This document shows, piece after piece, positions 46,741 to 56,460 of a stretch of 64,000 nt of DNA. A model generated the notes under the pieces. The model saw only the letters and a list, made by a program, of their open reading frames with translations, was not told the DNA's origin and did no database searches. Position 1 is the first letter of the stretch. Each line of letters starts with the position of its first letter. This stretch comes from an uncultured archaeon (GTDB taxonomy: Archaea > Asgardarchaeota > Thorarchaeia > Thorarchaeales > Thorarchaeaceae). The position numbers were made by a program, and so were the translations under genes. The DNA lies in NCBI GenBank assembly GCA_964631415.1, contig CAZVZC010000001.1:36638-100637 (forward strand), written 5' to 3'.

Positions 46741-47349
46741 ATGGCCGAGTATCATCTCACCACACCCATCTCAGAGGCGGACGCCAGAAAACTGAAGGTC
46801 GGCGACATCGTATACGTCTCAGGTGAGCACGTCTACACTGCCCGTGACGCGGCACACGAGCGCGCCTTGGAACTTCTGAAGAAAGGCGAGAAGCCGCCTG
46901 TTGACTTCAATGGAAGCGTTGTATATCATGTAGGCCCGGTCGCATGGAAGAAGGCAGGCAAGTGGCAGATCGTGTCGGCAGGTCCAACGACAAGCACCCG
47001 GATGGAGCTGTTTGAGGACGAGTTCCTGCGCGGGTACAAGGCTAGGATAATAGTTGGCAAGGGTGGAATGGGTCCGAAGACGCTTGCGGCGCTGAAAGAG
47101 GTCGGCGCTGTATACTGCAGCTACACAGGTGGTTGTGGGGCACTTGCAGCCAAGGGTCTAAAGGAGGTCAGAGCTTACGAGTGGCAGGACCTAGGGATGC
47201 CCGAGGCTCTCTGGGTGATAACTGCTCAGGATTTCGGTCCGCTCCTTGTGACAATGGACTCACATGGCAACAGCCTGCACGATGTGGTTTCAAAGAAGGT
47301 CGAGGCGAGGAAGGCCGAGGTCTATGCGAAAATCGGCGTCAAGCCCTAG
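46741..47349 (+). CDS. Fe-S fumarate hydratase beta subunit
   Basis: TARDAAH, GPTTSTRM, GKGGM, DLGMPEA, MDSHGN. Confidence 0.93.
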   Translation: MAEYHLTTPISEADARKLKVGDIVYVSGEHVYTARDAAHERALELLKKGEKPPVDFNGSVVYHVGPVAWKKAGKWQIVSAGPTTSTRMELFEDEFLRGYKARIIVGKGGMGPKTLAALKEVGAVYCSYTGGCGALAAKGLKEVRAYEWQDLGMPEALWVITAQDFGPLLVTMDSHGNSLHDVVSKKVEARKAEVYAKIGVKP

Positions 47350-47446
47350 GCTGACTCTGCCTACAGTTCACGGTAACTAACTGGGTCGCCCTCATTCCCT
47401 CTGCAAGACGCAGAAGCCCTCTCAAACCCCATCTCAGACTAGTGAC

Positions 47447-47548
47447 TCAGGTCCGTAGCGCACCTATGATTGGCACGGTTATGCCATAAACCGTGACGAT
47501 GATCAAGACGAGTAGCGCTATGACCATGAGGACATCCTCGGTGTCCAT
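47447..47548 (-). CDS. Putative 33-aa single-TM microprotein
   Basis: MDTEDVLMVIALLVLIIVTVYGITVPIIGALRT*, preceded by a GGGGTG SD-like sequence. Confidence 0.45.
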   Translation of the reverse strand: MDTEDVLMVIALLVLIIVTVYGITVPIIGALRT

Positions 47549-47771
47549 GGTTGAGCACCCCAAATTCTGTTTTTGCTTTTCTTCGAAGCCATTTAGAGGT
47601 AAGGTGTCTGTAATTTTCTCACGAGAGTTTGGCGCCAAACGGCTAAAACCACGATGTTCTCCGCAATGGTGGGAGGCAGAGGACACCAAGTCACTGAACA
47701 GCAAGGTATAAACGGAGCCCAACGAGCGACCCGGCGCAAGGCGAGGAAACCTCTCTTCAGGAGGACTGTGC

Positions 47772-49460
47772 TTGGACTACAAGACAATTGTCTGCGATGT
47801 TCTGGTTGTTGGCGCCGGCGGGGCAGGTTGTCGTGCTGCAATAGAGGCAGCCAAGAACAACCTAGACGTTGTGATGCTAAGTAAGGAGCTTCTCGGTAAG
47901 GCTCACACCTCCATGGCTGAGGGTGGCTACAATGTTGCCATCGGGAATGTAGACCCGGCAGACAACATCGACACCCACTTCAAGGACACAATTGTAGGTG
48001 GCAACTACCTCAACAACCAGCGACTTGTTGAGGTTCTGGTGAGAGACGCGCCCGAGAGGATCTACGACCTCGAAGAGTTCGGTGCTGTCTTTGATAGGAC
48101 TCCTGAGGGAAAAATCGCTCAGAGAGCCTTCGGCAAGCAGACGTGGCGCAGGACGGCTTATGCCTCGGACAGGACTGGGTCAGAGATAATGGTCACTCTG
48201 ACTGAGGCAATCAGGAAAACCTCTGTGAGAGTGTTCGACGAGATTTTCGCCACAAGACTGCTCCTGACTGATGGCAGAGTTGCTGGTGTGGCTGCCATTG
48301 ACTTGAAGTATGGCGACTACCTCATATTTCGAGCGAATTCGGTAGTGCTGGCCACAGGTGGAGCAGGCCGCATCTACAAGGTCACGAGCAATGCTCAGCT
48401 CGATGTAGGTGACGGGTATGCGATGGCATACGAGGCAGGCTGTGAGATGGTGGACATGGAACATGTACAGTTCCACCCGACAGGCCAAGTCAAACCTGAG
48501 TCTGCCCGTGGGCGGCTTGTCACAGAGGCAGTACGTGGAGAGGGCGGAATCCTGCTCAACAACCGTGGCGAGCGCTTCATGCTCAAGTATTATCCTGAAG
48601 TGATTGAGCTCGCTGGTCGTGATCAGGTCACACGCTCCATCATGACCGAGATAATGCAAGGGAGAGGGACTCCTGACGGGGGTGTCTATCTGAGTCTTGC
48701 TCACCTCCCGCGGTCTATCATTGACTTCCGACTTGAGAGCATGGTCGAGCAGTTTGCAGACGCTGGTGTCGACATTCATGAGGAACCCATGGTGGTTTCT
48801 CCGACGGCCCACCATTTCATGGGTGGCATCAAGATTAACGAGGAGGCAGCAACGAACATCCCTGGCTTGTATGCAGCAGGTGAGTGTACTGGAGGCGTGC
48901 ATGGCGGCAACAGGCTCGGTGGAAATGCCCTGGCAGACACTCAGGTCTTCGGCGCGATTGCCGGAGCGAACGCAGCAAAGTTCGCCAAGAGCAAGAGTCT
49001 GCCCGGTTTCAATAGGGACGAGGCCATGAAGGAGTTCGATCGGCTTGAGGCAATGCTGCACAGGAAAGAGGGGACCTCGCCCGCAGATGCTAGAGCGAAG
49101 CTCACTGAGCTGATGTGGGAGAAGGTACAGATATTCAGGAATGAGAAAGACATGGCCTACGCAGTCCAAGAGCTCAGGCGCATGGAAAAGGAGATCGTGC
49201 CGAAGATCAAGGTGGATGTGCAGGTGAAGAGGTTCAATCCTGGCTGGCATCAGGCTATCGAGTTTGGGCACATGGTGACGACAGCTAGGATGGTCGCCGA
49301 GGCCGCTCTCCTAAGAAAGGGCAGCAGAGGGGCGCACTTCCGGACTGACGCTGACCCCAATGATAAGGGCTATTACAATATAGTCATTCGCAAGGGCGCT
49401 GACGGGCAGATGGAGTTGAGAAAGGACCCGCTTGTGATAACCAAGATCACGCCACCATGA
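47772..49460 (+). CDS. tfrA: Fumarate reductase flavoprotein subunit (TfrA type)
   Basis: VGAGGAG, AHTSMAEGG, QFHPT, TEAVRGEGG, HHFMGG, HGGNRLGGNAL, SRGAHFR. Confidence 0.9.
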   Translation: MDYKTIVCDVLVVGAGGAGCRAAIEAAKNNLDVVMLSKELLGKAHTSMAEGGYNVAIGNVDPADNIDTHFKDTIVGGNYLNNQRLVEVLVRDAPERIYDLEEFGAVFDRTPEGKIAQRAFGKQTWRRTAYASDRTGSEIMVTLTEAIRKTSVRVFDEIFATRLLLTDGRVAGVAAIDLKYGDYLIFRANSVVLATGGAGRIYKVTSNAQLDVGDGYAMAYEAGCEMVDMEHVQFHPTGQVKPESARGRLVTEAVRGEGGILLNNRGERFMLKYYPEVIELAGRDQVTRSIMTEIMQGRGTPDGGVYLSLAHLPRSIIDFRLESMVEQFADAGVDIHEEPMVVSPTAHHFMGGIKINEEAATNIPGLYAAGECTGGVHGGNRLGGNALADTQVFGAIAGANAAKFAKSKSLPGFNRDEAMKEFDRLEAMLHRKEGTSPADARAKLTELMWEKVQIFRNEKDMAYAVQELRRMEKEIVPKIKVDVQVKRFNPGWHQAIEFGHMVTTARMVAEAALLRKGSRGAHFRTDADPNDKGYYNIVIRKGADGQMELRKDPLVITKITPP

Positions 49461-51052
49461 AGGAGGACACAACAATGGCGACCAAGACTTTCAAGACAAG
49501 CGTCCAGAGATACAACCCAGACATTGACGATGCCCCACACTCCCAAGAGTTTGACGTGGAGTATGAACCGGGCATGACAGTCCTCGACGCGCTCCTATAC
49601 ATACAGGACAAGTATGACTCTAGCCTTGCTTTCCGCTGGGAATGCAGAGGTGGTCAGTGTGGCTCTTGTGCGGTAAAGGTCAACGGGACTGCAAGAATCG
49701 CCTGCAGGACGAAGGTCGACCCTGACCAAACACTGAGCCTTGGACCGATGGAGAAGATGCCCATCATCAAGGACCTTGTTGTTGATCTTGCACAGACATC
49801 AATCAGGATTCGGCGGATTCGACCCTATGTCGCTCGAGACAAGCCTGCGCCGAGACCGGAGATAATCCATGCAGAGGATATTGAGAAGCTCCGGGAAATC
49901 CGCAAGTGCATAGAGTGTTCGGCATGTCTGTCAAATTGCCCGATCGTCCACGAAACTTGGGATTATCCGGGTCCGATGATTATACGACAGATTGCCCGTC
50001 TGGAACTCGACCCACGTGATGTGGAAGACCGTGTCGCCATGGCGATGAACGAGTCTGTCTACAGCTGTACGACCTGCAAGATGTGCGAGGACATCTGTCC
50101 AAAGAAAATCAGAATCCCAAGTCTTGCTGTCGAGCTCCTTCGTGCAAAGGCTGTGGCAGCTGGTTATCCTCTGGCTGAGGGCCAGCAGGCGTTCATCGAC
50201 GCGATCAAGGCCACGGGTAGGTCGGTGCCTGAGAAGGAGGCACCTCTACTGAAGAGCATAGGCACAGAGGAATTCCTGGTCAAGAAGTCACGCGGCCGTG
50301 TCGCCTTCTTCACCGGCTGTCTGATTGACTACAGGATGCAAAACACTGGGAGGGCACTCATCGAGGTTCTGAACCGAAACAACGTCGATGTCATCGTTCC
50401 GAAGGAGCAGTGGTGCTGCGCAAGCCCCGCTTTCAGGACTGGGGACCTTTATACCGCCAAGGAGGCAGCCAAGAGGGTCACAGAGATCTTTGAGAAGGTC
50501 ATGGAAAAGTACAAGCTGGACACAGTCGTAGTCGCTTGTGCGGGGTGTGGCAAGACACTGCGCGAGGATCATCGCCCAATGGTCGAGGAGATGCGCGGTG
50601 AGCCACCGAAATTCAAGGTCTATGATCTCGCAGAGTACATGCTTGATGTGATTGGCAAGGACAGCATAGTCCGACCTAAGGGCGAACTGAGGATTAAGGT
50701 GACCTATCACGAGCCATGCCATTTGGGCCGCGGGCAGGGAGTCGTGTGGCAGCCCATCGAACTGCTCAAGATGATTCCCGGGCTTGAGTACATTGACGAC
50801 CCGTACAAGAACCGTTGCTGTGGTGCAGGCGGTGGCGTACGTGCCGGGAAGCGCGAATTGTCAATGAAGATTGCGACTACAAAGAGAGAGTACATCGAAG
50901 CGACGGGGGCCCAGATGGTTGCGACAGAGTGCCCGTTCTGTACTATTCAGATTACGGACATTCTGAAAGGTACACCTATAGAAACCAGATACATCCCCGA
51001 TCTGTTGGCGGAGTCGTACAGGAAGGGCGACTCAAAGAAAGTGAAGAAGTAG
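49457..51052 (+). CDS. tfrB: Fumarate reductase Fe-S subunit with two CCG domains (TfrB type)
   Basis: [2Fe-2S] CRGGQCGSC...C, two CxxCxxCxxxCP motifs, FTGC, WCCA, ACAGC, YHEPC, CCGAGGG, ECPFC. Confidence 0.9.
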   Translation: MKEDTTMATKTFKTSVQRYNPDIDDAPHSQEFDVEYEPGMTVLDALLYIQDKYDSSLAFRWECRGGQCGSCAVKVNGTARIACRTKVDPDQTLSLGPMEKMPIIKDLVVDLAQTSIRIRRIRPYVARDKPAPRPEIIHAEDIEKLREIRKCIECSACLSNCPIVHETWDYPGPMIIRQIARLELDPRDVEDRVAMAMNESVYSCTTCKMCEDICPKKIRIPSLAVELLRAKAVAAGYPLAEGQQAFIDAIKATGRSVPEKEAPLLKSIGTEEFLVKKSRGRVAFFTGCLIDYRMQNTGRALIEVLNRNNVDVIVPKEQWCCASPAFRTGDLYTAKEAAKRVTEIFEKVMEKYKLDTVVVACAGCGKTLREDHRPMVEEMRGEPPKFKVYDLAEYMLDVIGKDSIVRPKGELRIKVTYHEPCHLGRGQGVVWQPIELLKMIPGLEYIDDPYKNRCCGAGGGVRAGKRELSMKIATTKREYIEATGAQMVATECPFCTIQITDILKGTPIETRYIPDLLAESYRKGDSKKVKK

Positions 51053-51156
51053 CATCGTTTCCTTCCTGATTTGCTGACGACATCAGTCTGTGGCTTCCTG
51101 TGAGTCGCCAATCCTAGCTGGACAGTGTAGTACGGGTTTTCGGATATCCATTGTCA

Positions 51157-51191
51157 ATTAGATGGACTCATGGTTTCTCGAACCATCTAAT
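51157..51191. promoter_or_regulatory. Inverted repeats in AT-richer intergenic DNA (candidate operator)
   Basis: ATTAGATGG-N17-CCATCTAAT with nested ATGGTT-N5-AACCAT. Confidence 0.45.
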
Positions 51192-51359
51192 ACACAATCG
51201 GACCAAACCACCAACATATCGGTTTGACGCTTCAAAGAATCCATAAAACTTCAAACGGCCAAGAGAGGCCATGTAAAGGCAATTCACCATCATCAGGTTC
51301 CATCACAATCAAGTTTCATTATATACTCGCATTCCGCGAGCGGCAGTCGGCGATCTTCC

Positions 51360-52547
51360 TTGAAGACACGAACAACATTACTATTCGGAGCGTTTCTCCT
51401 TTCTGTGCTTTTGGGACCACTAACGATTGCAGCGAATGCCCAGAACCTTGACTCGGGTTACCAGCAGAATCAAGGTTCACAAATGGGGCCGGGTGGACCA
51501 CCAGAGCAGCACAGAGGTAGCGACGGAAGCGTCTGGATAAACACGGACATAATCACGATAATGGCCAATGATGAGTTCCCAATGCTCCACTTCTGGTACA
51601 CGTCTGATGACAATGGTACTCGTGCCAAGTTCATGATCTCCTATACCACAATTGTTGAGTTTCAAGACCTCAATGGCGATGGAGCCTTCCAGTCCGATGA
51701 GCGTCTTTACTTTGCTCCCCTCGCTGCATATGATTGGACTGTGACGACTGGTGCAGTCGAAGACAACGGTACTACAACTGAGGTCTGGCTGAAGTACACG
51801 AAGGGTGGCATACGCAGTGGAAACATGATACCAGGGGCACCCATGTATGGCATGCATGATAATGACTCAGTCCAGCGGTTCGAGGATGTCACGCTGCAGA
51901 TTTGGGCGCACATATACCTCACAGACTACACCGGTAATGTCACGGACGATCATGGTGTAAAGGCCAACTACACCGTGGCTGGCGGGTCGGAGCTGAAGAT
52001 GGACATTAAGATTGGCAATTTCCCATTCAGCACTGAAACCTCTGGTGTAGCGATTCAGACAATGCTGAGGGAAAACGAGGCTCCCGGCAACCACGACATG
52101 TACCATCACCGGTTCCAGACCCACGAGAGGCTTCGTAACGTCAACATGACCTCCGACATGAACTGGAACACCGGGGACGGGAACGAGTCCATGTTCGAGA
52201 GGATGAATGGCACTGATGTTCAGCGCATTCAGTTCATGGATGACATGTCGGACGTTGCGCAGGGTTTCTTCAGCTGGGTGGATCAGGCAGTGATAACTTG
52301 GCCCGGAGGAGCAACCGAGGCGGTCAACGTTACAGCCTCCTACATGCCCACGGGAATGGGTGTGGCTGTCTACTTGGCCTACCCCAACTTCGACAACGGC
52401 ACACTGACCCACGATCCATCGATAGGCCTGTATGAGAGCGGAGTTCCCACTAATACACTGTCCATCGACATGCCCGTTGTCCTTGGGATTGGGTTGCTGG
52501 CTGCAGTTGCCATTGCCGTAGTCGTTCTCCGGAGAAAACAGTGGTGA
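51360..52547 (+). CDS. Secreted, C-terminally membrane-anchored glycoprotein
   Basis: Signal peptide, DLNGDG Ca-loop-like motif, ten N-x-S/T sequons, YPNF...HDPSIG, C-terminal TM plus RRK. Confidence 0.8.
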   Translation: MKTRTTLLFGAFLLSVLLGPLTIAANAQNLDSGYQQNQGSQMGPGGPPEQHRGSDGSVWINTDIITIMANDEFPMLHFWYTSDDNGTRAKFMISYTTIVEFQDLNGDGAFQSDERLYFAPLAAYDWTVTTGAVEDNGTTTEVWLKYTKGGIRSGNMIPGAPMYGMHDNDSVQRFEDVTLQIWAHIYLTDYTGNVTDDHGVKANYTVAGGSELKMDIKIGNFPFSTETSGVAIQTMLRENEAPGNHDMYHHRFQTHERLRNVNMTSDMNWNTGDGNESMFERMNGTDVQRIQFMDDMSDVAQGFFSWVDQAVITWPGGATEAVNVTASYMPTGMGVAVYLAYPNFDNGTLTHDPSIGLYESGVPTNTLSIDMPVVLGIGLLAAVAIAVVVLRRKQW

Positions 52548-52552
52548 GTAGC

Positions 52553-52586
52553 GTAGTGGACACAGTCCACTACCATTTTTCTTCTT
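52553..52586 (+). terminator. Hairpin plus U-tract, terminator-like element
   Basis: GTAGTGGAC-ACA-GTCCACTAC followed by CATTTTTCTTCTT, right after the stop at 52547. Confidence 0.6.
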
Positions 52587-52658
52587 AACAGAACAATCTT
52601 ATGGACATAGCAAAATGGAAGGTACACCTCAGAACCAATAGACATGAAACGATGGTGA

Positions 52659-53660
52659 TTGACGGTGAAAGGTCTGCTGCTAGCTCTGGTAATCATATCA
52701 CTAGCAGTTCCGATTGCTCTGCCCTTTCAGGTTCAGGCCGCCGATACTGATACTGTTGTGCTCAATCCTGTAGAAATCCGAGCCATCATGCATGAGAATA
52801 CGACCAGTACACTGATAGTCGATGCACAGGTGAACAACGTAGGTTTGTCATCCATGTCCTCACTCAGTTTCGGTGTTGATTCACTTCAGGTGAATGTCAT
52901 TACCGCTCAGATTGGCAATGAAACAACCGGTGGAGCGACAATCCTGAGAGATGGTTACACCGAAGTCACAGTCACCCTTCCAGACGTTCTGGAAGCAAAT
53001 TCATCTGTCTGGCTCCATCTAGCACTCTTAGCCAGCGATCTTCAATCACCCCTCACTGTCGCGCAGGATGCCAGTCTTCTTCGTGGTGACTTCATCTTCT
53101 ATGTCAGGCCTCTCTCCGTCTTCGCCAACTTCACGTTCACTGCGGTTCTTCCACCCTTTGCATCTCTATCCCTCGATTCTGTAGTACCCCTCTTTCCTGA
53201 CTCTGAATCCAACTTCACTGATGGCCATTCACTCATATTTGTCTGGGAAGTCCCGCTGCTCCTCCCCGGCCAAGAGCGAGTATTCATAGTCAAGTATCAA
53301 CTTCCCAACACCTCTACGGTTCAAACACAGTCTTCACTTCTTGGAAGTCTCCTGTATGGAACACTGGGTGTCATAGCTGGGCTTGCCCTAGCATTCGGTG
53401 GGCCGAAGGTGATTGAACGATTGAGGCACCTCGGAGCCGTAAGATATGTTGGAGTCACAGCTGAAGAAGAGGAGGTCCTCGCGACCATCCGGGAGAAAGG
53501 CGGCTCATGTACTCAGAAAGAGCTCTACAGCCAGTTTGACATGTCGCAGTCGAAGATGAGCCTGATCCTTACTAACCTTGAACAGCGGGGTTTGATTCGA
53601 AGACTAAAGGAAGGACGGGAGAATGTGGTCCACCTGATGGAGCCCAAGCAACCTGACTAA
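52659..53660 (+). CDS. Membrane-spanning regulator: extracellular beta domain, TM and cytoplasmic winged HTH (COG2512-like)
   Basis: Signal peptide, TM (LLYGTLGVIAGLALAF), then GGSCTQKEL...SQSKMS..L..LEQRGLIRR...GREN. Confidence 0.85.
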   Translation: MTVKGLLLALVIISLAVPIALPFQVQAADTDTVVLNPVEIRAIMHENTTSTLIVDAQVNNVGLSSMSSLSFGVDSLQVNVITAQIGNETTGGATILRDGYTEVTVTLPDVLEANSSVWLHLALLASDLQSPLTVAQDASLLRGDFIFYVRPLSVFANFTFTAVLPPFASLSLDSVVPLFPDSESNFTDGHSLIFVWEVPLLLPGQERVFIVKYQLPNTSTVQTQSSLLGSLLYGTLGVIAGLALAFGGPKVIERLRHLGAVRYVGVTAEEEEVLATIREKGGSCTQKELYSQFDMSQSKMSLILTNLEQRGLIRRLKEGRENVVHLMEPKQPD

Positions 53661-53670
53661 GAGTCTGACT

Positions 53671-54273
53671 TCACTCCTCGCCTTCTGGACCAAGCCTCTT
53701 TCCCGGGGGCAAATCATCCATCAATAGTCTTTCAGACTCTGCCTTTCTTACAGCCGCTGTGGCCTTCTCACCGCCGATATTCTCCAGTGCGCCGGCTGCA
53801 GTCTGCCTGACGAACATTGATTCATCATGCAAGACACTTATCAGTGGCTCAACAGCAGCGGTGTTCCTCCTTTCACCGAGCTGGGCAGCAGCGAGAATGC
53901 GCACCATGTATCTAGGATCTCTCAGGCAGCTGATGAGTTGTGCTGTTGCACGTGGGTCGTCCATACCCCCAAGACGTTCAATGGCACCAAGCGAAACCTG
54001 TTCGTCATCGCTCCGCACCTCAGCCGCAAGGTCGTCGATGATGGAACTCTGATCTGCCAGACTTCGAGGGACTCTTTCAGATATTACTACTCTGTGTGCA
54101 ATCTCCTCTGGGGCCTTCTGCTTCTTGGCACGAGTCGGAGCAGTTCGGGGAGTCTTGGTCTTCTCTGCTTTCACCACTTTTCTAGCGGGACCTTTCTTCT
54201 TGCTTGCCGCAGGAGCCCTGCTTTTTGTTTCTCCTCTCTTCTCACCCTTATTGACGCTTGATGCCTTTGGCAA
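53671..54273 (-). CDS. HEAT-repeat (PBS-lyase-like) protein with Lys/Ala/Pro-rich N-terminus
   Basis: VRILAAAQLG, VEPLISVLHD, VRQTAAGALENIG; TTG start inferred. Confidence 0.75.
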   Translation of the reverse strand: MPKASSVNKGEKRGETKSRAPAASKKKGPARKVVKAEKTKTPRTAPTRAKKQKAPEEIAHRVVISERVPRSLADQSSIIDDLAAEVRSDDEQVSLGAIERLGGMDDPRATAQLISCLRDPRYMVRILAAAQLGERRNTAAVEPLISVLHDESMFVRQTAAGALENIGGEKATAAVRKAESERLLMDDLPPGKRLGPEGEE

Positions 54274-54403
54274 CTCTCTATCTCCGGGCCTTGATGAGGA
54301 CGCAATGCCGGTCCGCAGCTGCTCTAATAAAGAGTCTGAGTCCACTTCGTCACAGCAAAAACGCCTTAACACACTTCAGGATTTCGCTTCTCTGGTGACC
54401 TCC

Positions 54404-54823
54404 TTGCATGAGTTCTCTGCTGCCTGCTCCATCGTGGAAACTGTCCTAGAGGCAGCAAAGAGTTATGGCGTGACAAGGGTCAAGGCTGTGAACATTGAGG
54501 TCGGAGAGTTCACTTTCCTTCTGCCTGAACAGCTGCGTTTCAATTTTGAGATTGCAAGTCAGAAGACAATCGTTGAGGGTGCGGAGCTGAACATCAGGAT
54601 GGTGAAAGGAAGGTTGATCTGTCGTGACTGCGGGCACGAGGGCGAGGCACAGAGTCCTGATGAGGCTCTGGGTCCTGCCGCCATGTTTGCGCCAATGAAG
54701 TGTACCAAGTGCGGCAGTAGCGCTACGACAATCACTGGTGGCAAGGATTTTCTGATAGCAGATATCGAGGCAGAAGTTGCAGCCCCTGCCAAGAAACAGG
54801 GACCTAGATCAAAACCGCATTGA
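54404..54823 (+). CDS. hypA: Hydrogenase maturation nickel chaperone HypA
   Basis: TTG start giving MHE after GGTGA SD, VGEFT, CRDC, CTKCGS, GKDF. Confidence 0.93.
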   Translation: MHEFSAACSIVETVLEAAKSYGVTRVKAVNIEVGEFTFLLPEQLRFNFEIASQKTIVEGAELNIRMVKGRLICRDCGHEGEAQSPDEALGPAAMFAPMKCTKCGSSATTITGGKDFLIADIEAEVAAPAKKQGPRSKPH

Positions 54824-55184
54824 GGATGCCGTCCTGACCCGGACGACTGGTGACCTTCGCCCGACCCTTGGCTGTCTTGATGATTGTGCCCCGAGTTATC
54901 ACCTTGCGACGCTGGTAGTCTGTATTTGATGGGTTCTTCTCAACATCTTGAATCTCAACCCGGATTGTCTGGTTCTTCTTCGGGTCGGTGATGTTTGCCT
55001 CTTTCACACGCAATACTGGTCTCTTCTTGTTGTGGACGCCTTTGCTGTCGATTGTGCGTCTCTTCGGTTCACCGAGCAGTGTTTCTGTGGGGGAACGACC
55101 CATCTCCCACTTCCTCTTGCTCCTGAATTGCTTGACCTTTGCGCCAGTCGGCCTTCGACCAGACTTGCGATGCCATACGCCCAT
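54804..55184 (-). CDS. rps8e: 30S ribosomal protein S8e
   Basis: KRKWEMGR, NPSN..YQRR..ITRG, VTSRPGQDG..NAVL. Confidence 0.97.
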   Translation of the reverse strand: MGVWHRKSGRRPTGAKVKQFRSKRKWEMGRSPTETLLGEPKRRTIDSKGVHNKKRPVLRVKEANITDPKKNQTIRVEIQDVEKNPSNTDYQRRKVITRGTIIKTAKGRAKVTSRPGQDGILNAVLI

Positions 55185-55331
55185 ACTGACTACCTCTTGG
55201 CTTAGTCACTGACGCTCACTGTGAAGCAGTTTTAAGTCTTGCTCAGTGGCGGCGTTCAGGTCGTACGGAACATCTCCTTCAAATACGATGAACAGACAGA
55301 TGACCATTGCAGTCTGGATGGAGGCCGTCAC

Positions 55332-56345
55332 ATGGCAAAGATAGAATCCGCCCACGGTGCTGGTGGGAGAATGATGCAGAGTCTGCTGCAAGAAGTGATC
55401 ATCCCCTCCTTTGGGCTTAGGAAGATTGGGACCATAGGTCTAGACGAGATGGATGATGGAGCGACACTACAAGCGAATGGTGCAGGCCTCATAGTGACCG
55501 CAGATGCGCACACCGTCCAACCGCTCTTCTTTCCAGGTGGCAACATCGGAACTCTTGCTGCTTGTGGCACAGTCAATGACCTAGCTGTCATGGGCGCTAG
55601 ACCTGTCGCAATGACAAACACGATAGTGGTAGAGGAGGGCTTCGAGATTGAAACACTTCATGAGATCCTGAAGTCATTGAACGCCATCATAGAACCGCTT
55701 GAGGTCGCGATGATTGCAGGAGACACGAAGGTCATGCCGAGAGGGACTCTTGATGGCCTCGTGATGTCAACATCTGGCATCGGCACACTGTATCTGGACT
55801 CTCCTGTTCCAGACAGTGGCGTCAAGGCCAGCGATGACATAATTGTCACTGGGCCGATAGGGGATCATGGGACGGCATTGCTGGCTCACAGAGAGGGACT
55901 CAAGTTTGAAACTGATTTAACAAGTGACGTGGCTCCTCTCTGGGAGCCGATACGTGGCTGTCTCGACGTTGGGGGTGTACACGCAATGAAAGACCCGACT
56001 CGTGGTGGGACTGCAGTCGCCCTGAATGAGTTCGCATCGAAGTCGAGGGTCGAGATTGAGCTAGATGAGGCCCGCGTGCCTGTTCGTCCTGCCGTGCAGT
56101 CCCTGTGCGACATTCTGGGTCTGGAACCCCTCCACATAAGCTGCGAAGGTCGGGCAGTCATGGCAGTAGACCCCTCCATGACCAACGACATTCTACGAGC
56201 CCTATCAGAGCACAAGACAACCCGAGATGCATGTGTCATTGGCAAGGCGCACAAGGGCGTGGGACGGGTGCTACTGAAGACGGCGATAGGGGGCAGGAAA
56301 GTCCTGCAGGTGCCCTATGGAGAACCGGTGCCTAGGGTCTGCTAG
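55332..56345 (+). CDS. hypE: Hydrogenase maturation protein HypE
   Basis: HGAGG, FFPGGNIG, NDLAVMGA, GDTKV, DPTRGG, C-terminal PRVC; start ATG 55332. Confidence 0.96.
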   Translation: MAKIESAHGAGGRMMQSLLQEVIIPSFGLRKIGTIGLDEMDDGATLQANGAGLIVTADAHTVQPLFFPGGNIGTLAACGTVNDLAVMGARPVAMTNTIVVEEGFEIETLHEILKSLNAIIEPLEVAMIAGDTKVMPRGTLDGLVMSTSGIGTLYLDSPVPDSGVKASDDIIVTGPIGDHGTALLAHREGLKFETDLTSDVAPLWEPIRGCLDVGGVHAMKDPTRGGTAVALNEFASKSRVEIELDEARVPVRPAVQSLCDILGLEPLHISCEGRAVMAVDPSMTNDILRALSEHKTTRDACVIGKAHKGVGRVLLKTAIGGRKVLQVPYGEPVPRVC

Positions 56346-56460
56346 GTCGTGTCCGAATCAGCTTCGGGTGGTACACTCGCCGAGTACTCTGAGGATTGGC
56401 AACGGTGAACCAACACAAAGCGAGAGTCCGCCAGTTCCATCTAGAGCATCTCATCCGGTC

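Noticed and set aside
48180-49271. 363-aa antisense ORF
   Set aside because: Shadow of tfrA; no recognisable domain.
54125-54403. Hydrophobic N-terminal extension of HypA
   Set aside because: Antisense to the HEAT protein's Lys-rich tract; HypA needs an N-terminal MHE, supplied by TTG 54404.
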